Part shown: piece by piece, positions 62,822 to 64,000 of the stretch
Position numbering within the stretch: the first letter of the stretch is position 1
How the letters are laid out: the number at the start of each line of letters is the position of its first letter
Virus record (IMG/VR): IMGVR_UViG_3300029969_000011
Source: a virus
Taxonomy: Duplodnaviria; Heunggongvirae; Uroviricota; Caudoviricetes
DNA: 64,000 bases
Direction: 5' to 3' (one strand)
Made by a program: the position numbers and the translations under genes
Notes under the pieces: generated by a model
Databases searched by the model: none
The model's input: the letters and a program-made list of their open reading frames with translations, nothing else
Told to the model about the DNA's origin: nothing

Positions 62822-63040
62822 ATGGAAAGTATTACATTGTATTCAACAGGATGCCCAAAGTGTAATGTTCTTGAAAAGAAATTAACTGCCGCCGGCATTG
62901 AGTATGAGGTCGTAACTGACGAGAAAGTCATTGCAGATGTATGCGATACTATTGGTACAGATTTTCTTCCTATTTTGGAAGTAAATGGTGAATATTATGA
63001 TTTTGCTGCGGCAATAACATGGGTAGGTGAAAGAAGCTAA
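62822..63040 (+). CDS. nrdH: NrdH-like glutaredoxin (thioredoxin fold, CPKC)
   Basis: LYSTGCPKCNVLEKKL redox motif; immediately upstream of nrdD. Confidence 0.55.
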   Translation: MESITLYSTGCPKCNVLEKKLTAAGIEYEVVTDEKVIADVCDTIGTDFLPILEVNGEYYDFAAAITWVGERS

Positions 63041-64000
63041 TGCAGATAAATATTAAAGTTTCAAAGAATTTCACAACATAGTGGAATAAATTACAGAATG
63101 AGTTCGGCACTCAACTTGCAGACTTAAATGGTTTTGGGGATGAATAGCTTTCTTACGGTGACTTCATTGATAATTTCGTTGATGTCCCCGTTGTTGCAGA
63201 CAGCTCAATTGACTCAAACAGTAATGTAAGAAGAAAAGATATGGTAACTCTCCTTTCTGAAATGCCTAAGCCTCACAGAAAGCTTATGTCATTCCAGAAG
63301 ATTTATTACGAAATGCAGAAGGAATATGGTTTTAAGGCTGCTAATGAGTGGTTGCGCCGCGATTGGATGGGAGAAATCTATATGCACGATGCAGACACAG
63401 CAACATTCAAGTCCTATTGTTTTGCTTATGATTTAAAGGATTTGGCAGAAAAAGGACTATTCTTCCTTGGAGATACCTTCAATCCTAAGCCTCCTAAGCA
63501 TTTGACTACTTTTGTTGATTTCGTAAAGGAATATATTAACTTTGCAAGCAATAGAACTTCAGGAGCCGTTGGCTTACCAAACCTTATTCCTTATATGTAT
63601 TACTTCTGGAAGCAGGATTGGAACTGTGCTTATCTTGGTATGCAACAGTTTGAAGACTATGCAAAACAGAATATTCAGAGATTTATTTATGCTGTTAACC
63701 AGCCTTGCGTAAGAGATGGTCAGCAGTCAGCATTTACAAATACTTCTGTATTTGATAGAGAATATCTTATGGCGCTTTTCGGCGGTTCAGAGTTCCCAAA
63801 TGGTGATATGATGGTTGACCACATTGAAGGAATTATGGATTTCCAAAAGATGTATATGGAAGTTATGGCAGACGTTCGTCACGAGAATATGTTCACTTTC
63901 CCTGTTTCTACCATGTCTATGGTAAGAAAGAATGGTAAGTTCCTTGACGAAGAATTTGCAGAATGGGCTATCAAGCATAATATGCAATGGTCTGATAGTA
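63039..64000 (+). CDS. nrdD: anaerobic ribonucleoside-triphosphate reductase NrdD (5' portion, runs off window), with in-frame TAGs
   Basis: ATG 63039; ...WMGEIYMHDADTATF...FNPKPPKHLTTFVDF resembles E. coli NrdD HERGDIHYHDLDYSPF...EPPKSISTA; two TAGs near the N-terminus; partner NrdG-like activase at 17901..18455. Confidence 0.55.

Overview
This window is almost certainly part of a large, AT-rich tailed phage genome that infects a Firmicutes-like host. The evidence for the host is GGAGG-type ribosome-binding sites and σ70-consensus promoters; no integrase was seen.

Positions 73 to about 56,400 are densely packed with minus-strand genes. From about 57,050 a divergent plus-strand block begins and runs to the window end.

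The most striking feature is genome-wide in-frame TAG codons. Many real genes appear in the ORF track as same-frame fragments separated only by TAG. Examples are the tail-fiber genes, the amidase endolysin, a glycoside hydrolase, a P-loop NTPase, a Vsr-like nuclease and NrdD. Every gene end I checked stops at TAA or TGA. Two adjacent tRNAs with anticodon CUA (23046-23201) sit inside a minus-strand tRNA array of about 25 genes (18.6-24.6 kb). This fits a code-15-like TAG-to-sense recoding.

The tRNA array also contains:
- an initiator-type tRNA-fMet;
- four class-I tRNAs with Leu-type anticodons: CAA, UAG and UAA (two copies, one with an irregular loop);
- tRNA half-fragments;
- large non-coding tracts.

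Intergenic regions carry more than 25 copies of a fused cassette. An intrinsic-terminator hairpin's 3' arm (GTCAAA read on the plus strand, TTGAC[A/T] on the minus strand) doubles as the -35 element of a perfect TTGACA-17bp-TATAAT promoter.

Gene content includes:
- RNA repair (Rnl2-like RNA ligase, PNK-HD kinase/phosphatase, a nucleotidyltransferase, RNase H, a YkuK-like protein);
- an ADP-ribose toolkit (macrodomain plus NADAR);
- a Ro60/TROVE-vWA protein next to a roughly 560-nt non-coding tract;
- a flotillin/SPFH protein;
- an HPr/Crh-like protein;
- ThyX, an ATP-dependent DNA ligase and a UvrD-like helicase;
- an anaerobic ribonucleotide-reductase set (NrdG at 17.9 kb, NrdH plus NrdD at 62.8-64 kb);
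- two GIY-YIG homing endonucleases;
- paralogous tail fibres with collagen-like repeats;
- an amidase endolysin and further cell-wall hydrolases.

All coordinates are hand-derived and approximate, especially for genes merged across TAG codons.
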